Notes under the pieces: model-generated
What the model was told of the DNA's origin: nothing
Database searches by the model: none
The model's input: the letters and a program-made list of their open reading frames with translations, nothing else
Assembly (NCBI GenBank): GCA_036481315.1
Contig: JAZGHS010000212.1
Span: 22,363-86,362 of the forward strand
DNA: 64,000 nt
Reading direction: 5' to 3'
Origin: Candidatus Zixiibacteriota bacterium
Lineage (GTDB): Bacteria > Zixibacteria > MSB-5A5 > UBA10806
Program-made: the position numbers and the translations under genes
In this document: piece after piece, positions 56,138-64,000 of the stretch
How positions within the stretch are numbered: position 1 is the first letter of the stretch
Layout of the letters: each line of letters begins with the position of its first letter

Positions 56138-57049
56138 ATGAGAAATAGATTGTTTTGGAATTGTGTTATTTTTATGATACCTATTGTATTGACAGCATGT
56201 GCCGGGGGAAAAATGGATAAAGACGATTTAAACCGCTACCTGCCGGATGAAATCGACGGCTGGAGGACAACTGGCGACGCCGAAAGTTACGATAGAGATG
56301 GTATTTTTAGATATATTAACGGCGCCGGTGAGGTATATCGTCAATACGATTACCGCCAACTTCTGGTAAAACGATATTCCGGTACGGGCAATATAAAAAT
56401 TACTGCAGAACTTTTCGACATGGGGATACCGTCCGACGCTTACGGGATATTCAGCCATTCCCGCGAGACGCCGGATATCGGTATGGGGCAGGGATCGGAA
56501 TTTAAAAGCGGCCTATTATGTTTCTGGAAAAACAGGTATTTCGTCTGCTTTTACTCCAAAGAACAAAATAACCGGACCGACATCGCGATAACAGAATTCG
56601 CCGCCATGATCGATTCGCTTATACCGGAGAATGGAAATATCCCGGAAATTGTCGGCTTTTTACCGAAAAGCGGATTAGCCGAGACCCGGGTACGTTTTTT
56701 CCATAAATACACATCCCTCAATCTGCATTACTACCTGGCCGATGATAACCTGTTGAATCTCGATGAAAATACCGACGTCGTCTTAGCCGAATACGAACCG
56801 GGCAAGATTCATTTACTTCTGGCTGGTTATCCCGGCAACAGAACCGCCTTAGATGCTCTGGATCGATTCAAATCCGCATATATACCCGAAGCTGACGAAT
56901 CGGGGTCTGTTCAAATCGAGGATGGTAAATGGGTATCGGCGCGGATTGTCGAAAATTTCGTTTTGGTCGTGCTCGATTCTCCCGATTTGGAAAAAGCGGA
57001 TGATTTGATTAATAAAACAATAGAGAATATAAGCGCTTCTATCAAATGA
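56138..57049 (+). CDS. lipoprotein of unknown function; paralog of 24176..25078
   Basis: Lipobox LTAC; shared FRYINGAGEVYRQY motif. Confidence 0.5.
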   Translation: MRNRLFWNCVIFMIPIVLTACAGGKMDKDDLNRYLPDEIDGWRTTGDAESYDRDGIFRYINGAGEVYRQYDYRQLLVKRYSGTGNIKITAELFDMGIPSDAYGIFSHSRETPDIGMGQGSEFKSGLLCFWKNRYFVCFYSKEQNNRTDIAITEFAAMIDSLIPENGNIPEIVGFLPKSGLAETRVRFFHKYTSLNLHYYLADDNLLNLDENTDVVLAEYEPGKIHLLLAGYPGNRTALDALDRFKSAYIPEADESGSVQIEDGKWVSARIVENFVLVVLDSPDLEKADDLINKTIENISASIK

Positions 57050-57062
57050 AAGGAATTCGCTT

Positions 57063-57956
57063 ATGAGTGAAAACTCAATTACTCGACGGGATTTCATAAA
57101 GGGAACGGCATGCGCCGGTCTGGCGGCGACTGTCGGTTTGCCTTTGGAGTTGAGCCTTGCAGAAGAACCGGCTTTTAAAACCAGGGTAGTTTTAGCGAGG
57201 GATTCCGGGGTCTTGTCCGCTGATGGCAATATAAACTCAGAGATCATTACCGATATGCTCGATAAAGCGGTAGCCACCCTCTGCGGAGAGGACGACCCGG
57301 ATAAAGCGTGGAATAAGTTCGTTTCTCCGGAAGATATTGTCGGCATCAAAAGCAACGTCTGGGATTACCTGCCGACACCGTCGGAAGTTGAGCAGGTTAT
57401 CAAAAACAGGGTGATGGACGTTGGTGTTGTCGAGAGTAACATTGCCATCGACGATCGCGGGGCGCTTGGCAATAAAACGTTTAAAAAAGCGACCGCTTTG
57501 ATAAATGTCCGCCCTCTAAAGACTCATCATTGGGCGGGTATAGGTGGTTGTATTAAAAATTACATCATGTTCGTCCCCAAACCCGACGAGTATCATGGCA
57601 ATTCCTGCGCCGATCTGGGCGCCCTCTGGAAACTCCCGCATATAAAGGGAAAAACCAGGTTGAATATACTTGTAATGCTCACTCCCCTATTCCACGGTAT
57701 CGGGCCCCATCATTTCGACCGGGAATACTTATGGGATTATAAGGGTATTGTCGTCGGCACCGATCCGGTGGCGGTCGATTCTATCGGTTTACAAATACTG
57801 GAGGCCAAGCGGCTCGAGGATTTCGGGGAATATCGTCCCATGACCCCGCCAGCCCATCATGTCAGGTTTGCCGATACGAGACACGGTATCGGTACCAGCG
57901 ATCCCGAAAAGATCGAACTTATCAAGCTGGGTTGGCAGGATGGAGCGTTAATATAA
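57063..57956 (+). CDS. Tat-signal DUF362-family protein
   Basis: TRRDFIKGTA twin-Arg signal; RPLKTHHWAGIGGCIKNY resembles the DUF362 KTH...KN core. Confidence 0.45.
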   Translation: MSENSITRRDFIKGTACAGLAATVGLPLELSLAEEPAFKTRVVLARDSGVLSADGNINSEIITDMLDKAVATLCGEDDPDKAWNKFVSPEDIVGIKSNVWDYLPTPSEVEQVIKNRVMDVGVVESNIAIDDRGALGNKTFKKATALINVRPLKTHHWAGIGGCIKNYIMFVPKPDEYHGNSCADLGALWKLPHIKGKTRLNILVMLTPLFHGIGPHHFDREYLWDYKGIVVGTDPVAVDSIGLQILEAKRLEDFGEYRPMTPPAHHVRFADTRHGIGTSDPEKIELIKLGWQDGALI

Positions 57957-57996
57957 TACCTCCCTTTATATAATATACGCCTAAAAGGAGTTAGAT

Positions 57997-59244
57997 TTGA
58001 TTGAATTAATAAAAAACTGGATTGAAGGAATAGGAATCGGCGAAACCGGAGAAACTATCCTAAGCTGGATCGTGGCTATCCTTATTATCGCTCTCTCGGC
58101 ATATCTTTCCGATTTGATCCTCAAGAAAATACTTCTACGTTTCCTTAAGATTGTAGTAAAGAAAACCAAAAGCAACTGGGATGATATAATTCTCGCAAGA
58201 AAGCTATTTCAACGAATATCGTACCTGGCGCCCGCAATGGTCCTTTACTTTTTCGCGCCTGGCATCCCCGAGGCCACCGATTGGATTCAACGATTGAGCT
58301 TAAGCGGAATGATAATTATCGGGGCATTTGCCTTCAACGCTCTACTCAACTCCACGGTCGATATCTACAACACGTATGAGATCTCACGGGAAAAGCCTAT
58401 TAAGAGCTACCTTCAAATTTTCATGATTTTCATATACGTTCTGGTGGGAGTGTTTGTTATCGCCACCCTGTTGAATCGCTCGCCTTGGGTGCTTCTAAGC
58501 GGCATCGGCGCCATGACCGCCATTTTGCTGTTGATTTTCAAAGATTCGATACTCGGGCTTGTAGCTGGTTTTCAACTATCCGCAAACAGGATGATCCGTC
58601 TGGGCGACTGGATCGAGATGCCCAAGTACGGGGCCGACGGCGATGTTATCGATATCTCCCTGCACACGGTTAAGGTTCAGAACTGGGATAAGACTATTAC
58701 TACTATACCGACCTATGCCCTTATCTCTGATTCATTCAAGAACTGGCGTGGGATGGAGGAATCCGGGGGCCGTCGAATCAAAAGAGCTATCTATATTGAT
58801 ATGAGTAGCGTTAAATTTTGTGATGACGATATGCTTTCACGATATGAGAAAATCGAGTTTCTAAAAGATTATATCGCCCCTAAGAAAAAGGAGATCGAGG
58901 AGTATAATCGATCGCATAATATCGATCCCGCAGAACCGGTAAACGGGCGAAAGCTCACTAACATCGGTACCTTCCGGGCGTATGTGGTAAATTTCCTGAA
59001 AAACCATCCTATGATCAACGACAATATGACTTTCTTAATCCGGCATTTGCCACCTTCGCAAACCGGCCTGCCGATCGAGATCTATGTGTTCAGCAAGGAT
59101 CAGGAATGGGCCAATTACGAGGCTATTCAAGCCGATATTTTCGATCATATTCTCGCGGTCGTCTCGGAATTTGAGCTTCGGGTATTTCAGAATCCCACCG
59201 GTTACGATTTCCGGGCCTTCGCCGAGAAGAGTAGACCTAAATAA
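57997..59244 (+). CDS. mechanosensitive channel, MscS family
   Basis: TM helices followed by the MscS beta-domain ...LGDWIEMPKYGADGDVIDISLHTVKVQNWDKTITTIPT. Confidence 0.75.
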   Translation: MIELIKNWIEGIGIGETGETILSWIVAILIIALSAYLSDLILKKILLRFLKIVVKKTKSNWDDIILARKLFQRISYLAPAMVLYFFAPGIPEATDWIQRLSLSGMIIIGAFAFNALLNSTVDIYNTYEISREKPIKSYLQIFMIFIYVLVGVFVIATLLNRSPWVLLSGIGAMTAILLLIFKDSILGLVAGFQLSANRMIRLGDWIEMPKYGADGDVIDISLHTVKVQNWDKTITTIPTYALISDSFKNWRGMEESGGRRIKRAIYIDMSSVKFCDDDMLSRYEKIEFLKDYIAPKKKEIEEYNRSHNIDPAEPVNGRKLTNIGTFRAYVVNFLKNHPMINDNMTFLIRHLPPSQTGLPIEIYVFSKDQEWANYEAIQADIFDHILAVVSEFELRVFQNPTGYDFRAFAEKSRPK

Positions 59245-59250
59245 AAAGAT

Positions 59251-59285
59251 GGGGCGGACCTAAGCCCGCCCCCTTTATCCTCCCA
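59251..59285. terminator. bidirectional intrinsic terminator between convergent genes
   Basis: GGGGCGG-loop-CCGCCCC; strong U-tract on the minus strand (ATCTTTTTATTT), weaker on the plus strand (CTTTATCC). Confidence 0.55.
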
Positions 59286-59296
59286 CCTATCGATAT

Positions 59297-61492
59297 TTAG
59301 TTCGGAAACAGTTGCCTTAATTCATCAACGGAAAGCGATTCTTTACCCGTATCGGCGATCTGCACGATTTGAGAACCGATATTAAAACGCACCTCGCTTC
59401 CAAGCGCCAGGTATCGTCCCAGCGACGGGTCCTTTTCCAGAAGCTGGAAATATGCTTTTGAGAACGGTTTTATCTCGATATCGAACCTGTCTTCTTTCAG
59501 ATTCGATTGGACCCAGTTTGTCCCCGATTGGAAGAACGCCTGGTTGCCGACCTGGGCAATATTGGAAAACCTCTTCTTCTGGTCGCCGATCATTACCTCG
59601 CCGGCCTGGGGAACCTGGGCGGCCCTATTCTGGGTACCGAGATTTTTCGATTGATTGAACGCCGATCTCCCGGTCTCCTGTTCGCCAAGGCTATCCATAG
59701 ATTTCTTGAGCCTTTTCGATACCTCGGGCGCCGGCATATACCAAAAATCATCGTGCCTTCGATTTTCGTCACCGGTTACCAGGTACGACGTGTACTCCGT
59801 TATGATCCCGAATTTCTTGGAAAGCTCCACTACCTCATTTAACAACTCGTCCGACGTTCCGTGCAGACGCATCTGCTGTAGCAAATACCCGATCCGTCGA
59901 TTAGCCCAGAGCATAGCGATATACTCATCCTGAGATGAACCGTCATCGAAACGCACCGGATACTCGTAAACAACCTCCTGCCTGCCGACCTTCCCCTTTA
60001 ATACAGCGTTTGACGTGCCGGAATCGTCATAACGGCCCAAGACGATTATCTCCGAACCGTAAAACAGATCGGGCAATAGTCGCGGATAAACATCGTGTAC
60101 TTCTTTTGGATTGAAAGCCAGGACCAGATCGGTCAGCGCCGGATGGCTGATCTTGGAAGCCAGCCTCGATACCTTTACCTCGATATTCTCGTTGGGAGCC
60201 ACGTATTCGGCGACTCCCCTGTTCCCCTCGGTAAGACGATCGAGAAGATGCGCGTTAACGTCGTAACCGACCCCGAAAACAAACAATCTCGCTCTACCCT
60301 CGTTAAGCCTGGAAGTATTGTCGATGATCTGCTTAATATCGGTATTGCCAACCGTCGGCAGGCCGTCTGTTAGAAATATAATGTAAGTGGGTTTATCGTC
60401 CGTCGGTATAAACCGGCAGGCCGATTCTAAAGCGTCGTAGATATTGGTTCCCCCGGCCGCCTCTATTCTTTCAGCAAATTTCAAAGCCAGGTCGATATTT
60501 TCCCTGTTAGCGCCGATAATACCGGATTGATATGGTTTGATAGTCTCGTCGTAATCTATGATATTGAAATAATCGCCGTCATTCAAGCCCAGCAGACAGA
60601 ATTTCATCGCCTCTTTCGCCTGTTCCATCTTTTCACCTCGCATACTGCCGGAGGAATCGAGCAGAAAGATAATATTCTTGTTAACCTTTTTGATATCCGT
60701 TCTTACCGGCGGGGAAATCAATCCGAGAAAATAACCGTCGCTTTCGCCCGGTTCTCTGTAGGTGAGCAAATGAAAGCCGTAATCGGTTTTCTGCCGTGTG
60801 AAATGAAGGATGAAATCCTTATCCGGCCTGATATCTTTCTCAAAATATACCGCTTTCAACGATTTTTCGTTAATCCGCTCGGTCGTAATTAAATGCGTCG
60901 GGCAGTATAGAGCGCCGATATCCTCGAAGGAATTCACGGTTACGTTTATCCGGCATTCCTCGAGTTTCGAGCCGGAGTGTTTTTCGGTATTGAGCGGATA
61001 AAGATAATCGACTGTGCCGTTATCCGCTTTTAACGTTTGCTGATATTCGATTTTGATTCGCACTTCGCCGCGCGCGGGAACCGGATATACCCTCAATCGG
61101 TACATACCCCGCCCGGCGTATTCCAGCAATGCCGGATCTTTACGCCGCCTTACTATATCCTCATAAATCTTTCGGGCCTGGTTGGCGTCGAGAAGCTCCG
61201 CCTCCATCTTATGCCCACCGAGCCAGGCTGTGAACCGTCCCACCGACGCGTTTTCCGGGATAGGGAAAATGTAATCGGCTTCGAGTTCGCGATGATAAGG
61301 GTTAACGAATACCTGATCGACCTTTGTGATAGCCACCGGATCGTTAATCTCGACGTCAACGTGGTGGTATTTAACATCCACCCGTGGCATAGGCGGTAGA
61401 TCGGGCATGGGACGGATAATCAGCATACCGTCCGCTGAAACCGGACCCGCCATCGCGGCCATTAAAAGAACGGCCAACAACAGATTGCGCAT
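59297..61492 (-). CDS. secreted VIT plus von Willebrand factor A domain protein
   Basis: Signal peptide; VIT-like N-terminus; VWA MIDAS motif LDSSGSM ... GGTNIYDAL ... TDG. Confidence 0.7.
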   Translation of the reverse strand: MRNLLLAVLLMAAMAGPVSADGMLIIRPMPDLPPMPRVDVKYHHVDVEINDPVAITKVDQVFVNPYHRELEADYIFPIPENASVGRFTAWLGGHKMEAELLDANQARKIYEDIVRRRKDPALLEYAGRGMYRLRVYPVPARGEVRIKIEYQQTLKADNGTVDYLYPLNTEKHSGSKLEECRINVTVNSFEDIGALYCPTHLITTERINEKSLKAVYFEKDIRPDKDFILHFTRQKTDYGFHLLTYREPGESDGYFLGLISPPVRTDIKKVNKNIIFLLDSSGSMRGEKMEQAKEAMKFCLLGLNDGDYFNIIDYDETIKPYQSGIIGANRENIDLALKFAERIEAAGGTNIYDALESACRFIPTDDKPTYIIFLTDGLPTVGNTDIKQIIDNTSRLNEGRARLFVFGVGYDVNAHLLDRLTEGNRGVAEYVAPNENIEVKVSRLASKISHPALTDLVLAFNPKEVHDVYPRLLPDLFYGSEIIVLGRYDDSGTSNAVLKGKVGRQEVVYEYPVRFDDGSSQDEYIAMLWANRRIGYLLQQMRLHGTSDELLNEVVELSKKFGIITEYTSYLVTGDENRRHDDFWYMPAPEVSKRLKKSMDSLGEQETGRSAFNQSKNLGTQNRAAQVPQAGEVMIGDQKKRFSNIAQVGNQAFFQSGTNWVQSNLKEDRFDIEIKPFSKAYFQLLEKDPSLGRYLALGSEVRFNIGSQIVQIADTGKESLSVDELRQLFPN

Positions 61493-61635
61493 TCTCTCCT
61501 CCTTTAGGAAAGGTTTTAGATAACAGGCCCGCTGTTTTGCTCTGTTCTTTCTACGTTTAAAAAATGGATATATTCCATATTATTTCGGCTAAAAACCGCC
61601 GAATTCTATTAAGGGAATTCTCAAAAGCTAAGGAT

Positions 61636-61668
61636 GGCGGCTCGATAATCGAGCCGCCACTTTTTTAT
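61636..61668 (+). terminator. strong plus-strand intrinsic terminator with no annotated gene upstream
   Basis: GGCGGCTCG-ATAAT-CGAGCCGCC followed by ACTTTTTT; lies in the divergent intergenic region. Confidence 0.55.
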
Positions 61669-61938
61669 CCAGTACTCGAGCGGGATACGGGTAACACGCT
61701 GTGAGAGTGTCAATATCTCCCAAGGACCCGTTTATCATATCTGTAATTGTGAAAGCGGTATGTATCATAGAGTTAAGATGATGTAAACGGTAACAAAACA
61801 TGGTGGGTTTCATATCGTTCGCTATTATATATCGTGCGCAACACTCCCCGAATAAACTGAATTATGGTATTTTAGGTGTCGATCTATATTCAAGGAATTG
61901 GTTTTTAATTCATAGAGCAAATTCGGCGAGGTGAACAA

Positions 61939-64000
61939 TTGGGCGGCTTAGGGGAATATAACAGCTCGGCTCAGAACAAGAATACCGGGAGAATATCAAA
62001 ATCCCGGACTATATTAATTATTACCATACTGGTGATATTGATCCTGGAATTTTTGGTCATGCTAATTCTCTCCCTGGTAACCAGCCTGCCCAGTATTGCC
62101 ATTGCATTTATCGACGCTGCATTTCTGGCGTTATTGATTTACCCCGTTCTTAAATTTCTCACATTCAAGCCCCTGATAAACAACTGTGATAGAACGAAAA
62201 AAGCGCTTCAGGAAGCTCTTCAGACTAGCAACTCGATTCTCAAAACCGCCTCCAATTTAATTCTGGTACTCGCCGAAAACGGGGTGATTAGGGATTGTAA
62301 CGATCGATGCTTGAATATACTCGGATATTCTCCCAAACAATTAAATAACATCCCAATTTCGAATATAATACATCCTGAATTTAAAATAAAGGCCAGAAAA
62401 CTATTAAGGGCGGTTATAAGAGATGAAGCTCTGTATAACGAAGAGATGAAGATGGTCAAGAATGACGGGACGGTTATTGACGTCTGCATAAACTCCTCAT
62501 CGCTTATTGACAAACATGGTCGATTTATTACAGCCGTATGGATCATTGACGATATAACCGCGCCTAAGAAAATCAAGGAGGACCTAGAACTCACCCAGTT
62601 CTCGATTGATAAAAGTTCCGACGCTGTTTACTGGATAGGCCAGGACGGCGAATTCGTAAACGTAAACGATACCGCCTGTGAAGTCCTGGAATATACTCGC
62701 GAAGAACTTTTAAGCATGACTGTTTTCGATATCGATCCCGTATTTCAGCAGCACGTTTGGATACCGCATTGGCTGGACGTGAAAGAAAGAAAGTCTTTTA
62801 TAATCGAAACAAAACACAAAACCAAAAGCGGCAAGCTGTATCCGGTTGAGGTGGCGGTGAATTATATGGAGTACGGCGGTAAAGAATATAATTGCGCCTT
62901 CGCTCGCGATATTACAGATCGCAAACAGAGCGAACGGGATCTTCGCGCCGCCAACGAGCAACTAAGAACGAGCGTAGAAAATATGCCCCTGGCTTATATC
63001 CTGTGGGATACCGATTACCGCGTAAAGGAATGGAATCGTTCCGCCGAACGTGTATTCGGATATTCAAGGGACGAGGTCATGGGTAAACAGTTGATTGACC
63101 TCATAATACCTTGGGAAAAACGTCCCGATACGGAAAAATCATTTCACCGGCTGGCGAACGGATACATTAAGGGGCTTTTAATAAACGAAAGCAATATTCG
63201 TAAAGATGGCGGCCGGATTTCCTGCAAATGGTATAATACTCCGCTTAGAAATAAGGAAGGGGAGATCTTCTCTGTGCTTTCTATGGTTGAGGACCTCACC
63301 GATCAATTACGAATACAAAATGAACTAAAAAATATCAACGAGAAGTTCAAAGAATTCACGGAATTATTACCCCAGACGGTATTAGAACTCGATATCGACG
63401 GTAAAATATTGTACACGAATCGTTATGGATTAGATTTTATCGGGTATTCGCCCGAAGATCTCGAAGACGGCCTTAACGTGGTAAAAATTATAGTGCCCGA
63501 AGAACAAGGTAAAATGATAAAATGGATGGCCAGAATTAGAAAAGGTCAAAGGGTCGACAGTACCGAACTGACATTACTCAAGAAAAACGGGGCCGAAGCG
63601 GACGTGGTCGTATTCGCAAACCCTGTTTTCGACGAGGAGCGGATTGTGGGAATCCGCGGCATCATGATAGATATCACCGAAACAAAAAGATTGCAGGAAT
63701 TCGCGTCCCAGGCGCAGAGGCTCGAAATCGCCGGAAGAATATCAGGACAGGTCGCCCACGATTTCAATAATCTTTTAGGGCCGCTGTTCGCTTTTCCCGA
63801 TTTCATAAAAGAGGAATTATCAGAGGAAAGCAAGGCAGTTCACTACCTCGATCATATTCAGGAAGCGGCTGAACAGATGGCCGAAATCAACCAACAGCTT
63901 CTTACCCTGGGAAGAAGAGGGCATTACAACCAGGCTCCCATGGATCTCAATAAAATTATTTCCCTAGCTATCGAAAGTATAGGCTCCTTGCCGGAAGCTA
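61939..64000 (+). CDS. membrane-anchored multi-PAS sensor histidine kinase (3' end outside the window)
   Basis: AGGTGA RBS, then TTG at 61939 (alternative ATG at 62059). TM region, at least 4 PAS repeats, H-box GQVAHDFNNLL near the end. The minus-strand ORFs at 62220, 62710 and 63546 are shadows of this frame. Confidence 0.65.
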   Translation, partial: MGGLGEYNSSAQNKNTGRISKSRTILIITILVILILEFLVMLILSLVTSLPSIAIAFIDAAFLALLIYPVLKFLTFKPLINNCDRTKKALQEALQTSNSILKTASNLILVLAENGVIRDCNDRCLNILGYSPKQLNNIPISNIIHPEFKIKARKLLRAVIRDEALYNEEMKMVKNDGTVIDVCINSSSLIDKHGRFITAVWIIDDITAPKKIKEDLELTQFSIDKSSDAVYWIGQDGEFVNVNDTACEVLEYTREELLSMTVFDIDPVFQQHVWIPHWLDVKERKSFIIETKHKTKSGKLYPVEVAVNYMEYGGKEYNCAFARDITDRKQSERDLRAANEQLRTSVENMPLAYILWDTDYRVKEWNRSAERVFGYSRDEVMGKQLIDLIIPWEKRPDTEKSFHRLANGYIKGLLINESNIRKDGGRISCKWYNTPLRNKEGEIFSVLSMVEDLTDQLRIQNELKNINEKFKEFTELLPQTVLELDIDGKILYTNRYGLDFIGYSPEDLEDGLNVVKIIVPEEQGKMIKWMARIRKGQRVDSTELTLLKKNGAEADVVVFANPVFDEERIVGIRGIMIDITETKRLQEFASQAQRLEIAGRISGQVAHDFNNLLGPLFAFPDFIKEELSEESKAVHYLDHIQEAAEQMAEINQQLLTLGRRGHYNQAPMDLNKIISLAIESIGSLPEA

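Noticed and set aside
56849-57355. 168-aa minus-strand ORF spanning the lipoprotein/DUF362 junction
   Set aside because: Antisense to two confident plus-strand CDS; compositional artefact.
61563-61703. 46-aa ORF (MDIFHIISAK...) running through the orphan terminator
   Set aside because: No RBS, passes through a GC hairpin and T-tract, low coding quality. A non-coding RNA or leader is more likely.
62220-63833. Three minus-strand ORFs (62220, 62710, 63546)
   Set aside because: All lie antisense to the long PAS-kinase reading frame, which runs open to the window end.
1-64000. Mobile elements, CRISPR arrays, tRNA and rRNA genes
   Set aside because: No transposase or integrase-like ORFs, no regularly spaced direct repeats, no tRNA-like T-arm (GTTCGAATC-type) and no rRNA-like segments in the short intergenic regions.

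Overview
This ~64 kb window looks like a metagenomic contig from an uncultured Gram-negative bacterium of the FCB superphylum. The evidence is two proteins ending in canonical type IX secretion (Por/T9SS) C-terminal sorting domains and a fused ccoN-ccoO cbb3 oxidase gene; GC is roughly 48-50%. I call about 48 protein-coding genes and see no rRNA, tRNA, CRISPR array, transposase, integrase or phage block. Main blocks, left to right:
- A phosphofructokinase 3' fragment.
- A 7TM-sensor/PP2C phosphatase.
- An 898-aa secreted repeat protein with YadA-head-like and tail-fibre-like motifs.
- A cluster of secreted beta-helix proteins that share an unusual Cys-containing dockerin-like C-terminal module; the same module reappears on an 832-aa PKD-repeat protein at 33.1-35.6 kb.
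- Peptidases (metallophosphoesterase, PepP, M1).
- A complete cbb3 oxidase assembly cluster: ccoI-ccoS-ccoNO-ccoQ-ccoP-ccoH plus a DsbD_2-like membrane protein.
- A Tat-exported Fe-S aldo/keto reductase.
- A PAF-acetylhydrolase-like alpha/beta hydrolase whose nucleophile Ser is replaced by Arg.
- A T9SS zincin protease and an amidase.
- A 15 kb minus-strand locus: sensor kinase, sigma54 NtrC-type regulator, nucleotide-sugar dehydrogenase, three glycosyltransferases, MsbA-like ABC exporter, two tandem paralogous APH-fold kinases, outer-membrane barrel and a T9SS cargo protein. I read it as biosynthesis and export of an undescribed phosphorylated glycoconjugate.
- A DRG/TGS-type GTPase, a CE4 deacetylase, a DUF362 Tat protein, an MscS channel, a VIT-vWA protein and a multi-PAS histidine kinase fragment.
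The most novel-looking items are the Cys-containing dockerin-like module family, an in-frame TGA splitting a beta-helix/dockerin gene with a hairpin 10 nt downstream, the tandem-kinase glycan locus, and an orphan strong intrinsic terminator (possible sRNA) at 61.6 kb.
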